Positions 18,345 through 28,198 are shown, counted from the first letter of the stretch. The stretch is 31,621 bases of DNA from Promethearchaeota archaeon (GCA_019057795.1 JAHLWS010000054.1:1-31621); one strand, 5' to 3'. A program made the numbers and translations. The notes: generated by a model not told the origin, from the letters alone.

Positions 18345-18358
18345 TATTTAAACTTTTG
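18345..18358 (-). promoter_or_regulatory. Putative BRE-TATA promoter of the ncRNA candidate
   Basis: Minus strand CAAAAG-TTTAAATA, with the first T 29 nt upstream of the paired 5' end at 18323. Confidence 0.4.
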
Positions 18359-18474
18359 TTTGATCCTTCTGATCCAATTTAATATTGTTTTTAAAATGAA
18401 GTCGGTAGAACAATATTTTAAATAATTAAGGATTATAGAAAAGAGAGATATAAAAAGAATGTGTTGAAATAAAA

Positions 18475-19218
18475 ATGGAGAAAGAATTTCTAGAGCCTAC
18501 TGAATTAGAAGATATCGATAGTTTAAACGAAATTAGAGAGGAAAACATTGTTATCTTAACTAAAAATTTATTTAAAAATTATGAAATTGGAGATTTTATT
18601 GTAAAAGCCGTATGTGATGTAAATCTGAAAATAAAAGAGAGAGATTTCATCGTTTTTAAAGGTCCGTCAGGAGCAGGTAAAACTACTTTACTAAATTTAA
18701 TTGGAGGGTTAGATTCTCCTAACGAAGGCACGATTTTTTCAAATGGGGTCAAAATTTCCGATTTACAAGAAGAATCACTCTCTATATTTAGATTAATTAA
18801 CACCGGATTCGTTTTCCAGAACTATAATCTTATTAGCACTTTAACTGCTGAAGAAAATTTGATGTTCCCGATGAATTTAGCTGGAATGACCCTAAAAGAG
18901 CAAAGAGAGAAAGCATTAAGTTTACTGAAAAAAGTAGGTTTAGGGGATAGAAGAGAACACTTACCATTTCAACTTTCGGCTGGTGAACAACAGAGGGTAG
19001 CAATAGCAAGAGCGTTAGCAAACGATCCTCCAATTATTTTGGCAGATGAGCCTACAGCCAACCTCGATAAAAATACAAGTATGTTTATACGAGATCTATT
19101 TAATGATATGAAAAAGGATGGTAAAACGATTCTAATAGCAACACACGACGATTTTTTAATAAAACTTGCAAATCGCATCATAACTTTTGAAGATGGTAAG
19201 ATCACAAGTGAAGAGTAG
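18475..19218 (+). CDS. ABC transporter ATP-binding protein (LolD/MacB-like)
   Basis: Walker A GPSGAGKTT, GFVFQ, LSAGEQQRVAIARAL, LADEPT and ATHD. Confidence 0.93.
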   Translation: MEKEFLEPTELEDIDSLNEIREENIVILTKNLFKNYEIGDFIVKAVCDVNLKIKERDFIVFKGPSGAGKTTLLNLIGGLDSPNEGTIFSNGVKISDLQEESLSIFRLINTGFVFQNYNLISTLTAEENLMFPMNLAGMTLKEQREKALSLLKKVGLGDRREHLPFQLSAGEQQRVAIARALANDPPIILADEPTANLDKNTSMFIRDLFNDMKKDGKTILIATHDDFLIKLANRIITFEDGKITSEE

Positions 19219-19269
19219 TTAGGATTTAGGATTATGAATTAAATATTATTTAACATTGGTGAGTTAATA

Positions 19270-21183
19270 ATAAGTTTAGATTTTGCCTTAAAAGACTTCT
19301 TTAGAAAAAGGGAGGTCACTTTCCCTTACGTAGTAATAATTGCTCTAGTTATTGCGCTCGCTATTTTCTTAACGTATTTTATGTCTTCAATGGGATTAAA
19401 TAGATTTTTAACGTATAAGTACGAAAATGAATTTTATTTTTCGGGAGGAATTAGCATAGTCTTTACAGATTTTACTATTTTAATACTGAGCCTAATAGTT
19501 CTTTTGGCTTTTACTATTGTTATAATCGTCACAAGTACTCTAATTATTAATAAAAAACGTGATATTGCTATTATGAAAGCCTTGGGGACGCTCCCAAGGA
19601 GATTATATGACTTTTATTTAACCGAAGTATATGTAGTGTTTATCGTTGGTTTCTTAATAGGGTTAATAATCGGTTTTGTTTCATATGGTATCTTCGCGTT
19701 TATTATGTCGGTTTTAGGAATTGTATCCTCTTTTCAAATTGATTTAATTTATACTCCGATATTGTTTTTTTCGTGTATAGGGGGAATTTATTTCGTTCCC
19801 GGCGTAATTTTAAGGAAACTAGGAAATCAAAATACCGTAAAATTATTTTCAAAGGATATACCCTATAATTACGACGCTTCAAAAGGATTTAGATTAGTTC
19901 CAAAATGGTTGTCCTCAATAGGATTTAACTTTAAAATTTCCGTTATAAACACAATCAGGAGAAAAGGGGAATTTAAGAGGTATTTAATAGTTTTTTCCAT
20001 AATTTCTTTAGTGATTTTTACTTTAGGATTAGGGAATATCGTTTTGAGCAGTTCCTCTCAAGAATGGATACGAAAGTCTCAAGGTGAAGACATCATTGCT
20101 ATTGGCCATAAAGATGTTATTCAAAACTACACTTTGATGTATAGTATGTTTTCTAATCCTGACATTATTATAACTGAGAACAGCATTGATTTTTTAAATC
20201 CAAACTACATGTTTAACCTTACTGATATTGAAGAACTAAGTAGTATTACTGAAGTTGAGAGCATAGATCAGCGTTTGATTAATTTTTTCAATGGTACTGA
20301 ATTAGATGGATATCATTATCTAACTGATGGAGGTTATTTAGTAGCAGGTCAACAACGTTCAGGAATTTTCCCGATTGTAGGAGTTAATATTAGTGAAATG
20401 ATACAAGATTTTGAAATTGAGGGAGTATATTTTGCTCAGGAAGATTCAATAAACATGATGATTGGAGATGGATTAGGTTATAATTTTTTTGATTATCCAT
20501 TATCACAGAGTTTGAGAGTAGAGGAATTAGGATTAGGTCACACATTTCACATTTCCGGGGTTGTCCTGGATAGTTTTTATAGCGGATTTGCGGGATATGT
20601 AGATTTAGAGGTTATGCAAGAAGATTTGAATTTTAGTGGGCAAAATATTAATCTCCTTTTGTTAAAAATAAGACCAGGCGAATTTGATAGCGTTATAGAC
20701 AACATTGAATCAATTATTAGTGGAAATCTTGGAGATAATTTCACATATATTAACTTAAATCAAACTTTCGACGATAATTTACAATATTTAAATAATTTAA
20801 CTCTATATCCCGCTTTTTTAATTATAGTCGTGGCCTTAATTTCAATTATCTCTTTATATAATTATCAAAAAGGTAATATTATGGATAAAGCTAAAGATTT
20901 CCTAATAATGAAGGCTCTTGGCTCAAAATCTAAAAATATTAAGAAAATTCTTTTCTTGGAAGCTCTCTATGTAATTATACCATCACTTTTTTTGAGTTTA
21001 GGCATAGGAATGATATTAAATTCGCTCGTTATATTTCAAAGAGTATCTTTACCACATATATTAACGCCTTTTATTATAATTGGTATACTTTTTATCGCCT
21101 TCTTAACTTTTAATTATTTAAGTCTTTTTCCAATTTTGAGCAAAATTAAGAAATTTACCATAAAAGATTTCGACATATATTAA
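19270..21183 (+). CDS. FtsX/MacB-like ABC permease; N-terminus probably extends beyond the ATG at 19381
   Basis: Two (K/R)xxDIAIMKALG-type FtsX motifs and a large extracytoplasmic loop. The upstream frame is open (SLDFALKDFFRKR plus a TM helix) back to an ATA codon after GGTGA. Confidence 0.85.
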   Translation: MSLDFALKDFFRKREVTFPYVVIIALVIALAIFLTYFMSSMGLNRFLTYKYENEFYFSGGISIVFTDFTILILSLIVLLAFTIVIIVTSTLIINKKRDIAIMKALGTLPRRLYDFYLTEVYVVFIVGFLIGLIIGFVSYGIFAFIMSVLGIVSSFQIDLIYTPILFFSCIGGIYFVPGVILRKLGNQNTVKLFSKDIPYNYDASKGFRLVPKWLSSIGFNFKISVINTIRRKGEFKRYLIVFSIISLVIFTLGLGNIVLSSSSQEWIRKSQGEDIIAIGHKDVIQNYTLMYSMFSNPDIIITENSIDFLNPNYMFNLTDIEELSSITEVESIDQRLINFFNGTELDGYHYLTDGGYLVAGQQRSGIFPIVGVNISEMIQDFEIEGVYFAQEDSINMMIGDGLGYNFFDYPLSQSLRVEELGLGHTFHISGVVLDSFYSGFAGYVDLEVMQEDLNFSGQNINLLLLKIRPGEFDSVIDNIESIISGNLGDNFTYINLNQTFDDNLQYLNNLTLYPAFLIIVVALISIISLYNYQKGNIMDKAKDFLIMKALGSKSKNIKKILFLEALYVIIPSLFLSLGIGMILNSLVIFQRVSLPHILTPFIIIGILFIAFLTFNYLSLFPILSKIKKFTIKDFDIY

Positions 21184-21277
21184 ATCTCATTTGCAGAAAG
21201 AAAAAGATTAAAAAAGTGGAAATAGATATAATTTTTATATAACATAATTTTTTCTAATTAAAAGGTAAGGTGCGAAG

Positions 21278-22492
21278 ATGACGGAAGAAGATAAATTGCG
21301 CAAGAAGATAAACGATTTACAGTCAGAGCTAAACAAAAAAGATAATGAAATTAATATTTACTTAGATAAAATTGATGGCTTTGAAGAAGAAGTTATGAGA
21401 TACGAGGAAATGTTCGATGAAAATGCTCCGAAAAAAAAGATCAAAAAAGCGAAAGAAGAAAAATTAAATATTGAATTAGATGCTAAGGATCGAGAAATAA
21501 GAGAGCTAAAGAATCGAATGGGATTTTTAAGAAAAGAAAAAATGCAACTACAAAAAAAACACGATAACTTTGTGAGAACAACTAATTCTTCTGTTATTAG
21601 CGTAGAAGAGCTAAGAGAAAAGGAAAAACCACCTCTTAATATTTTGCTTCATGAATTACAAGATAAATTAAATAAACAAGAATCTTTAATTAGGCGATTG
21701 AAGAGTAAAGACCTTGGAAGCGAAGAATATAACGAAAAAATAAGAGAAAAGGACGAAAAAATTGAATTATTAACTGATAAAATTACGGATTTAACTGAAA
21801 AGATCGAGAATAGCTCTTCTCAAATAGAAACTAATTATGTTGATAATAACATTACGAAAAATCTACTAGAAGATCTGCAAAAAAATCTTAATAAAGCAAA
21901 AAGACAAAATGAAGAATTAAAAAAGGTTATAACTAAATACGAGAAAAAAGATAAAGGTAAGAAAGGTAAAGCAGAACCAGAACCAGAACCAATTGCTTTA
22001 AAAGAAGTTGTGGAAGAATTAAAAAGTAAATTAAGTAAATCAAAAATACAAATAGCAAATCTTCAAGAACAAATTAAAGAAGGTCAAAATCAGGAAACAC
22101 CTCCTATTAGCCTCCCTCACGGAGATATTGAAGGCAAATTGAAAATTCAAAGAGAAATGGCAAGTTTTCTGCAAAAACAATTAGCTGAATCAAAAAACGC
22201 GTTAAAAACGAAAGAAGAAGAAATTACTACGATTAAGAACGAAGCTATAAGAATAAAAAAAAAATACAGCGATTTAGACAACCAACTCAAACTAAAAGAT
22301 CAAAAATCAAATGAAATTGAAGCAGAGTTAGATAGTTTAAGAATTCAAATTCTTTCTCTGCCAAATACAACACAAACAAAAAACCCAGATGTTAATTTAA
22401 GGTTTAAAGAACTCGAAAGTTTGGTTGACGATCTAAGCAAATTAAATATACAACAACGGCTTGAAATTTCACAGTTAAGAAAAAGTAAATAA
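21278..22492 (+). CDS. Long coiled-coil protein of unknown function
   Basis: 404 aa, K/E/Q-rich heptad pattern throughout, with an AGGTG RBS upstream. Confidence 0.75.
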   Translation: MTEEDKLRKKINDLQSELNKKDNEINIYLDKIDGFEEEVMRYEEMFDENAPKKKIKKAKEEKLNIELDAKDREIRELKNRMGFLRKEKMQLQKKHDNFVRTTNSSVISVEELREKEKPPLNILLHELQDKLNKQESLIRRLKSKDLGSEEYNEKIREKDEKIELLTDKITDLTEKIENSSSQIETNYVDNNITKNLLEDLQKNLNKAKRQNEELKKVITKYEKKDKGKKGKAEPEPEPIALKEVVEELKSKLSKSKIQIANLQEQIKEGQNQETPPISLPHGDIEGKLKIQREMASFLQKQLAESKNALKTKEEEITTIKNEAIRIKKKYSDLDNQLKLKDQKSNEIEAELDSLRIQILSLPNTTQTKNPDVNLRFKELESLVDDLSKLNIQQRLEISQLRKSK

Positions 22493-22512
22493 TTAATATT
22501 AAATGAACTTCG

Positions 22513-23496
22513 ATGGAATTAATAATCCTAGGTTCTTCCGCGGCGATTCCTGTTCGCGAAAGGAACCTTCCTTCTACAGCTCTTAAATATAAAAACGAAC
22601 TCTTTCTATTTGATTGTGGTGAAGACCTCCAAAGAAGGCTAATTGAAGCGGGTTTAAAGTTTAATAAACCTTTAAAAATATTAATTTCGCATTTTCATGG
22701 AGATCATATCATTGGTCTTCCAGGTCTTTTATTTAGATTTGGTTTAATTGAAAGAACGGCTCCCGTTACTATATTTGGACCTCAGAATTTGTTTCTTTAT
22801 TTATTTGTCCATAGAAAAATTCTCGGACTAAAAGCAAATTATCCGATTAAAATCGTAGAAATTGATAATGATAATAATAAGTTAATAGTGTTCGAGACCT
22901 TGGACTCCGAAATCCCTAGTGAAGAAAAATTCTTAGAAGATAATGTAATTTTTGAAAACGATAAATACACTCTCAAATATACAGAAGTAGATCATTCAGT
23001 ATTAACGTTTGCTTATTCGTTTATAGAAAAACCTCGCAATGGAAAATTTAACCCAGAAAGGGCAGAAGAACTTGGAATTCCTAAAAGTAATCTATGGAAA
23101 ACTCTTCAAGAAGGAGATATTATTGAATATGAAGGAAAACCAATTGATCCATTAAAAGAAGGCATAGTGGGTCCAAAGAGACCGGGTCGAAAAGTAACAT
23201 ATTCGGGTGACACAATCCCTTGCGAAAGTTTGATCGAATTAGGAAGAGATTCTGACATTTTAATTCACGAAGCAACTTTTTCGAAGGAGTTGTCTGATGT
23301 CGCATTTGAAAAGAAACATTCCACTTCTGTTGACGCAGCTAACGATGCTAAAAAAATGAACGCTAAACAATTAATTTTAACTCATATTTCGTCGAGATAT
23401 CAAGAGGAGGACGCTAACCAATTGCTGCAAGATGCAAAACTGATATTCCCCAATACTATTTTAGCAAAGGACTTAATGAGAATCTCTTTACAGTAA
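22513..23496 (+). CDS. rnz: Ribonuclease Z (tRNA 3' processing)
   Basis: LGSSAAIP, FDCGE, SHFHGDH, the flexible-arm GP motif, YSGDT, HEATF, HST and LTHISSRY. Confidence 0.93.
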   Translation: MELIILGSSAAIPVRERNLPSTALKYKNELFLFDCGEDLQRRLIEAGLKFNKPLKILISHFHGDHIIGLPGLLFRFGLIERTAPVTIFGPQNLFLYLFVHRKILGLKANYPIKIVEIDNDNNKLIVFETLDSEIPSEEKFLEDNVIFENDKYTLKYTEVDHSVLTFAYSFIEKPRNGKFNPERAEELGIPKSNLWKTLQEGDIIEYEGKPIDPLKEGIVGPKRPGRKVTYSGDTIPCESLIELGRDSDILIHEATFSKELSDVAFEKKHSTSVDAANDAKKMNAKQLILTHISSRYQEEDANQLLQDAKLIFPNTILAKDLMRISLQ

Positions 23497-23538
23497 AAAC
23501 AGATAAATATAATAAGTAACCAAAAAAAAATTGATTTT

Positions 23539-23748
23539 CTAAAACCCTCCCGCTATGTGAGGAAGAATAACTATGTCTGAATTCTCATCTAAAACCGTAT
23601 CCTCGTTAGCTTTCTTACCATCAACGAGGATCCCAAAGTATTTACCTTCAAGGTTTAACTCTTTAAGGAGGTCTTTAACTAACATCTTCCTCTTGGGAGT
23701 GTAAGTTTCAATAATACCTGTTTCTAAAAGATCAGCAATCTGTTTCAA
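23539..23748 (-). CDS. ThiS/MoaD/SAMP-family ubiquitin-like protein ending in GG-F
   Basis: Beta-grasp pattern (VKDLLKEL..ILVDGK..L.ENSDIVILPHIAGG) followed by one extra Phe. Confidence 0.8.
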   Translation of the reverse strand: MKQIADLLETGIIETYTPKRKMLVKDLLKELNLEGKYFGILVDGKKANEDTVLDENSDIVILPHIAGGF

Positions 23749-24090
23749 TTTTAAACCACATCTAATTTTAATTTATTGATTTTAACTATGATAAATAAAA
23801 CATTTCAACTATATATAATTAATTCAAGAAATCAAAAAATATTAAGATTTAATACTATAGGCTTTTAACTTAATGGTTATAACTGGATTCTGAGTTTATG
23901 TCCGATAAAATGGATTTTGTAATTGTAAAACCAAAAAATTTTCTATTTTTCATAAAAACCATTATTTTTTATGTGTCAAATAATTTTTATGCATAAATCT
24001 AAGTATTATTTATAGGGTTGATTTTAGATTCTTCAAGAGGATACCTTTAGCGATTACGGCGATTACCTCGAAAAAATAAGAGAGTCTTTA

Positions 24091-25686
24091 ATGGAACTTG
24101 GAAATCTGAAGGACGAGAAGCAAAAAAACCACATAATTCAAAATGCAATTGAAGATTCTATTATAGTAGCAAATGAAACCGCTGAATCTGGAGAATTTTT
24201 TGAAGCTGGTGAACTTCTTTTTTCCGTAGCAGAATTATTAGAAAGCATAGCTTCTTTTCAGGCAACCAAGTTGAATAAATTAATTATTAAATTCTGGGAA
24301 AAACAGATTAGTTCCTTTAAACTTCAAGGAAAATTACATGAAGTTGCTGAAACTTTCTTAAGAATTGCTGAACTCTATGAAAAACTTAACGACTCTAAAT
24401 TGTATAAAAAAAATCTCTTAAATAGCATCAATTTTTTAAAGCAGGAAAGTAAAATATTAAAGGATTTCGATGACATTAGGAAGCTCGCTCAAAATTACGA
24501 AAACATCGCTGAGTTGTATTTAAAAACCCAAGATATTAAAAATGCAAAAAAATATTACATAAATGTTATAAATATAGCAAAGGATTATCAATATTTTGAT
24601 TTGCTCTCGTATTCCTATAAGCAAATTGCCTCGTGTTATCGGGAATTAGACGAGGTAAATAAATCAAATGATATAATTTACGACGGAATCGAGTTTTTTT
24701 CAAGCCTTTTTCAAACCTTTGAACAAAAAAATGATAATCTAGCAATTTCTCAAATTTCACAAGTATTAAAATCGCTCTATCAACTCATAAATGAAGAAGA
24801 ACAATTCATTAGTTATTCAAAAAAAGAAGCAGGGGCTTATATTAATTTAGCAGAAAGACTAAGACTAAAGAAAAACGAAGGAACTTATCATAAAATAGCA
24901 ACGTATTATCGTGGTGCAGCGTTGTGTTATCAAGAAATCAACAACAATTTAATTGAATCGGCTTCTTGCTTTGTTTTAGCTGCCAACTATTCTGAAAAGG
25001 TTAAGGATTACAACGAAGCTGCTACAAATTTCTTTAATGCTGCGGTGACTTTTAAAGAATTAAACAATTTAGAGATGACGTATAAGCACTATGTAAAAGC
25101 AGGAGATAACTACTGGAAAACTGAGAATGTAAACGATTCAACGGAGAGTTATTTAAACGCTTACGATGTAGCCGTTGAAGGCGGCTTAGAATACAATAGG
25201 TTTGGCATTTTCAATCAAATTATTAGAGGCTTAAACATAATAGCTAAAGAAGGATTGAAAAATAAACAATTCTATACTGCAGCTACTCTGATTATGGAAA
25301 GTATAAAATTCTATCAACAACTTGATACCGCTAAAGATTTTCTCATTTTTGGAATGTTAAAAAATTTAAAAAAATATTACTATAGAGCCGCTAATTTAAA
25401 AAAAATCGGTCAATCTCACATAGTTCAATCTTATGTTATGGCAGCCATTTCTTCGATTCTTAACGGTAAGAATAACAAAGCGTTAGAAATTATTTCTGAA
25501 GTCGAAATCAAGGGCAACACGGTAAATAAATACAAAGAATTAATTAAATTGATTATAGAGTGGGTATCGGAGGGAAAAGAAGTCGAATTAAAAAACTTCC
25601 CATTCAAAATCCAACGCATAGTTCAAGGTTCAGAAGACATAAAGTACCTTCTGAAATTATTTAAAGGATACAAATTTCCGTCCTAA
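24091..25686 (+). CDS. Alpha-helical repeat (TPR / alpha-SNAP-like) protein; possible extension to 24028
   Basis: Repeated A..Y..AA..Y..L helices (e.g. EAATNFFNAAVTFKEL, YKHYVKAGDNY). Confidence 0.7.
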   Translation: MELGNLKDEKQKNHIIQNAIEDSIIVANETAESGEFFEAGELLFSVAELLESIASFQATKLNKLIIKFWEKQISSFKLQGKLHEVAETFLRIAELYEKLNDSKLYKKNLLNSINFLKQESKILKDFDDIRKLAQNYENIAELYLKTQDIKNAKKYYINVINIAKDYQYFDLLSYSYKQIASCYRELDEVNKSNDIIYDGIEFFSSLFQTFEQKNDNLAISQISQVLKSLYQLINEEEQFISYSKKEAGAYINLAERLRLKKNEGTYHKIATYYRGAALCYQEINNNLIESASCFVLAANYSEKVKDYNEAATNFFNAAVTFKELNNLEMTYKHYVKAGDNYWKTENVNDSTESYLNAYDVAVEGGLEYNRFGIFNQIIRGLNIIAKEGLKNKQFYTAATLIMESIKFYQQLDTAKDFLIFGMLKNLKKYYYRAANLKKIGQSHIVQSYVMAAISSILNGKNNKALEIISEVEIKGNTVNKYKELIKLIIEWVSEGKEVELKNFPFKIQRIVQGSEDIKYLLKLFKGYKFPS

Positions 25687-25770
25687 ATTGACGAATTTTT
25701 ATACATCTCTATAAAAATTGAAGCAATATAAATAATTATATCAAAGAATTATATTTTTTTGCCATAACTT

Positions 25771-26436
25771 ATGAAAGATATTAAAGATCGTAAAAAAATT
25801 CTTTTAAGTTTTGATTTAGATAATACATTAATCGATAATAGAGAAGGGATCGTTAATTCCTTCAATTACGCCTTGAAAAAATATAATCTCCCGGCCCTTG
25901 AAAGAAACAAGATCGAAAAAATGATTGGTACGCCTTTGGATGACATGTTTGAAGAAATTTCTAATGTTAATCCAAAAAAGTTATCTACTTTTTTCCGCGA
26001 ATATTACGGAGAAAAAGGAATTTACCAAGCAACCCTATTGTCTGGAGTTAGAGAAAAATTAGACGAATTGAAACAAAAATCTTTTACACTGGGCGTGATA
26101 ACTTCAAAGAAGCAAGAAATGGCAGTTAGAATCATAAAGTACTTAGGAATTTTTAGCTATTTCGAATATATCTTAGGCGAAAGCGTAAATATCAAGAGCA
26201 AATTAGACCCTAATCTGAAATTTTATTTATTGAATAAATATAAAGGCTTTTTTATCGTGATTATTGGCGACCATCCTAAAGATAAAGCTCTTGCCGAAAA
26301 TCTACGCGCACCCTTCATTGGTGTTTTAACAGGACACCATTCAGCCGCAGAATTACAACAAAATAGCACTATAAAAACTCATATTTTAAGTAGCGTTAAG
26401 GAGATAAAGCCTAAAATGATTTATTCCTTATTATAA
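25771..26436 (+). CDS. HAD-superfamily hydrolase (phosphoglycolate phosphatase-like)
   Basis: FDLDNTL, GVITSK, IGDHPKD and GVLTG. Confidence 0.85.
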   Translation: MKDIKDRKKILLSFDLDNTLIDNREGIVNSFNYALKKYNLPALERNKIEKMIGTPLDDMFEEISNVNPKKLSTFFREYYGEKGIYQATLLSGVREKLDELKQKSFTLGVITSKKQEMAVRIIKYLGIFSYFEYILGESVNIKSKLDPNLKFYLLNKYKGFFIVIIGDHPKDKALAENLRAPFIGVLTGHHSAAELQQNSTIKTHILSSVKEIKPKMIYSLL

Positions 26437-26474
26437 AATAACAATAGATTAAAAATAATAAAAAAAGAATTAAG

Positions 26475-27929
26475 TTATTCTTTCAAATCTTCGTATATCT
26501 TCATAAACTCTTCGGGGTTCCATTGCTCTTTTATGTATTTGCCAATTCCAGAACTATCTCTTGGTCCTACAACAACAAATGCATCAGCTTCGTCTTCCAA
26601 AGCTCCACTTAGACGTGCAGCCATACCTGGAATTATCAAGATTCTATGATTAACTTTTTCAAACATTTTAAATTCTTTTACTGTTTCAGCAATAGATCCT
26701 GCGTTAAATTGCCCTCCTGCGACGGCTGATTCAATTCCTATACCTTCAGAATCTACAACCAAAAGCCACGCGTCTAAATTTGCCCCTTTGATATCGATCT
26801 CAACAGGAATCTTAGTAAGCCTGTAATTTGAAGTCACAAAAATAGGAGATTTCTCTGTTGGCTCTCCAATTATGTATATTCCAGCATCCACAGCGGGATA
26901 AATACGAGGATCGCTGAATATACTCTGTCTTAATGTCATCATTGCCAGAAGAGCCCAAATATCTTCTTTTCTTTTACCGCTATGCATAACAATGAGACTG
27001 CAATCAATTGATTGCATGATCGCTCCCATAATAATTTCTTGATATTGATGCTCCCAGAGTTCCTTATCATCGTCAGTTTTCACTTGACTCCAATAAGCAG
27101 CGGGAACTCCCATAATGGGCCAACCCGCATTAACGTCTCCTTTATCAATAGCAGCAATTCTCAATTGCATTATATTATCGTAAGTTAATGCTACATTGCC
27201 TGGACCAAAAACGGTCATAGCATCTAAAATTAGATCCTTTACACCAAGCTTTTGTAGGGTAGCACTTAAAGATAGTAATTGATCTAAGTCATTCGAGACA
27301 GCTACAACGGGTAAATTATTTTCAACCGCAAATTTTCCCACTTGTTCCCACGAATCTTTTGTTGCTGCATAAAGTAGAGGTTTAAATTCTTTAATTTCGG
27401 TAGCAGCAGCGAGTAAAATATCTGGATTCAAACACGCTAACATTACGGGAAGATCTGAAACCTCTGTTAATTTCTTAGAACAGAGTTTAAATTGCTCAGT
27501 GTCTCCAGATACGCATCTTAGTGTAATACCGTTAACTTGTAAAACCTCTCCCATCCTTTCAATCTTTAATTCGGTTAAATATTTCGCAATTTCAGCAATT
27601 TCAGGATCATCGTCTGCAATTTGCATAAAGATTTGTGTTTCATTATAAAACGTGAGTTGATGGCGATTGAGAACTTCTTCACCCCCAACAATACATTTTC
27701 GTTCCCCTATTCCAATAGTAACTGGTTTTTGTGGAGGTGTCACAATTTTTATTAATTTATTGCGTTTTTTTGCCTGTTTAGGATCTTGCATAAGATGCGT
27801 GCAATCTTGTACGACAACATTTCTTTCAAGCAAATCAGTCGCAAAAGCCATACACGTATCTCTATCACAGTCTTTACAATTACTTTTATCTAATAGCGCA
27901 TAAACTTCTAACGGACTCGGTCTTGCCAT
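26475..27929 (-). CDS. cdhE: Corrinoid iron-sulfur protein large subunit (acetyl-CoA decarbonylase/synthase gamma)
   Basis: N-terminal NCKDC..TCMAFA..C [4Fe-4S] motif, GGEEVL.RH..TFYN, IFSDPR, VTSNY.LT, IIPGMAARLSG and VGPRDSSGI. Confidence 0.92.
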   Translation of the reverse strand: MARPSPLEVYALLDKSNCKDCDRDTCMAFATDLLERNVVVQDCTHLMQDPKQAKKRNKLIKIVTPPQKPVTIGIGERKCIVGGEEVLNRHQLTFYNETQIFMQIADDDPEIAEIAKYLTELKIERMGEVLQVNGITLRCVSGDTEQFKLCSKKLTEVSDLPVMLACLNPDILLAAATEIKEFKPLLYAATKDSWEQVGKFAVENNLPVVAVSNDLDQLLSLSATLQKLGVKDLILDAMTVFGPGNVALTYDNIMQLRIAAIDKGDVNAGWPIMGVPAAYWSQVKTDDDKELWEHQYQEIIMGAIMQSIDCSLIVMHSGKRKEDIWALLAMMTLRQSIFSDPRIYPAVDAGIYIIGEPTEKSPIFVTSNYRLTKIPVEIDIKGANLDAWLLVVDSEGIGIESAVAGGQFNAGSIAETVKEFKMFEKVNHRILIIPGMAARLSGALEDEADAFVVVGPRDSSGIGKYIKEQWNPEEFMKIYEDLKE

Positions 27930-28047
27930 TTCATTTTCTCCAAATTTATTATTTGTTCTCTTTAAAATTATTAAATTTTAAAATATACAATATTTAGTTT
28001 AGTCTGATTTTACAATTAAAAATTTGGTTTTTTGAATATTTATAAAA

Positions 28048-28105
28048 TAATGCATAAAAAAAAATTTAACATCTTATTCAAAATAACTTCTTTTTGGGTT
28101 TAACT
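28048..28105. repeat. Direct repeat copy 1 (~58 bp; 36-bp identical core 28070-28105)
   Basis: CATCTTATTCAAAATAACTTCTTTTTGGGTTTAACT is identical to 31205-31240. The preceding TAATGCATAA-A tract is also shared. Confidence 0.92.
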
Positions 28106-28198
28106 GACATGAACGATCCGAGAAAATTAAACGAGATACAGGTTTCCAATCAAATAGAAAGCTTCATTGAAATTTTACGGCAAAGAAAAAAGAAATAA
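28106..28198 (+). pseudogene. Orphan C-terminal gene fragment resembling the end of a 2-hydroxyacyl-CoA dehydratase (HgdB/FldB-type) subunit
   Basis: DMNDPRKLNEIQVSNQIESFIEILRQRKKK* matches the D..D.R.....Q....IE.F.E.L C-terminal pattern I recall for that family. It begins exactly at the repeat boundary. Confidence 0.5.

Noticed and set aside
225-27903. Many short antisense or alternate-frame ORFs in the track (e.g. 225-461, 4213-4596, 5981-6346, 10561-10995, 27667-27903)
   Set aside because: They overlap well-supported genes and have no recognisable motifs, so they are shadow ORFs.
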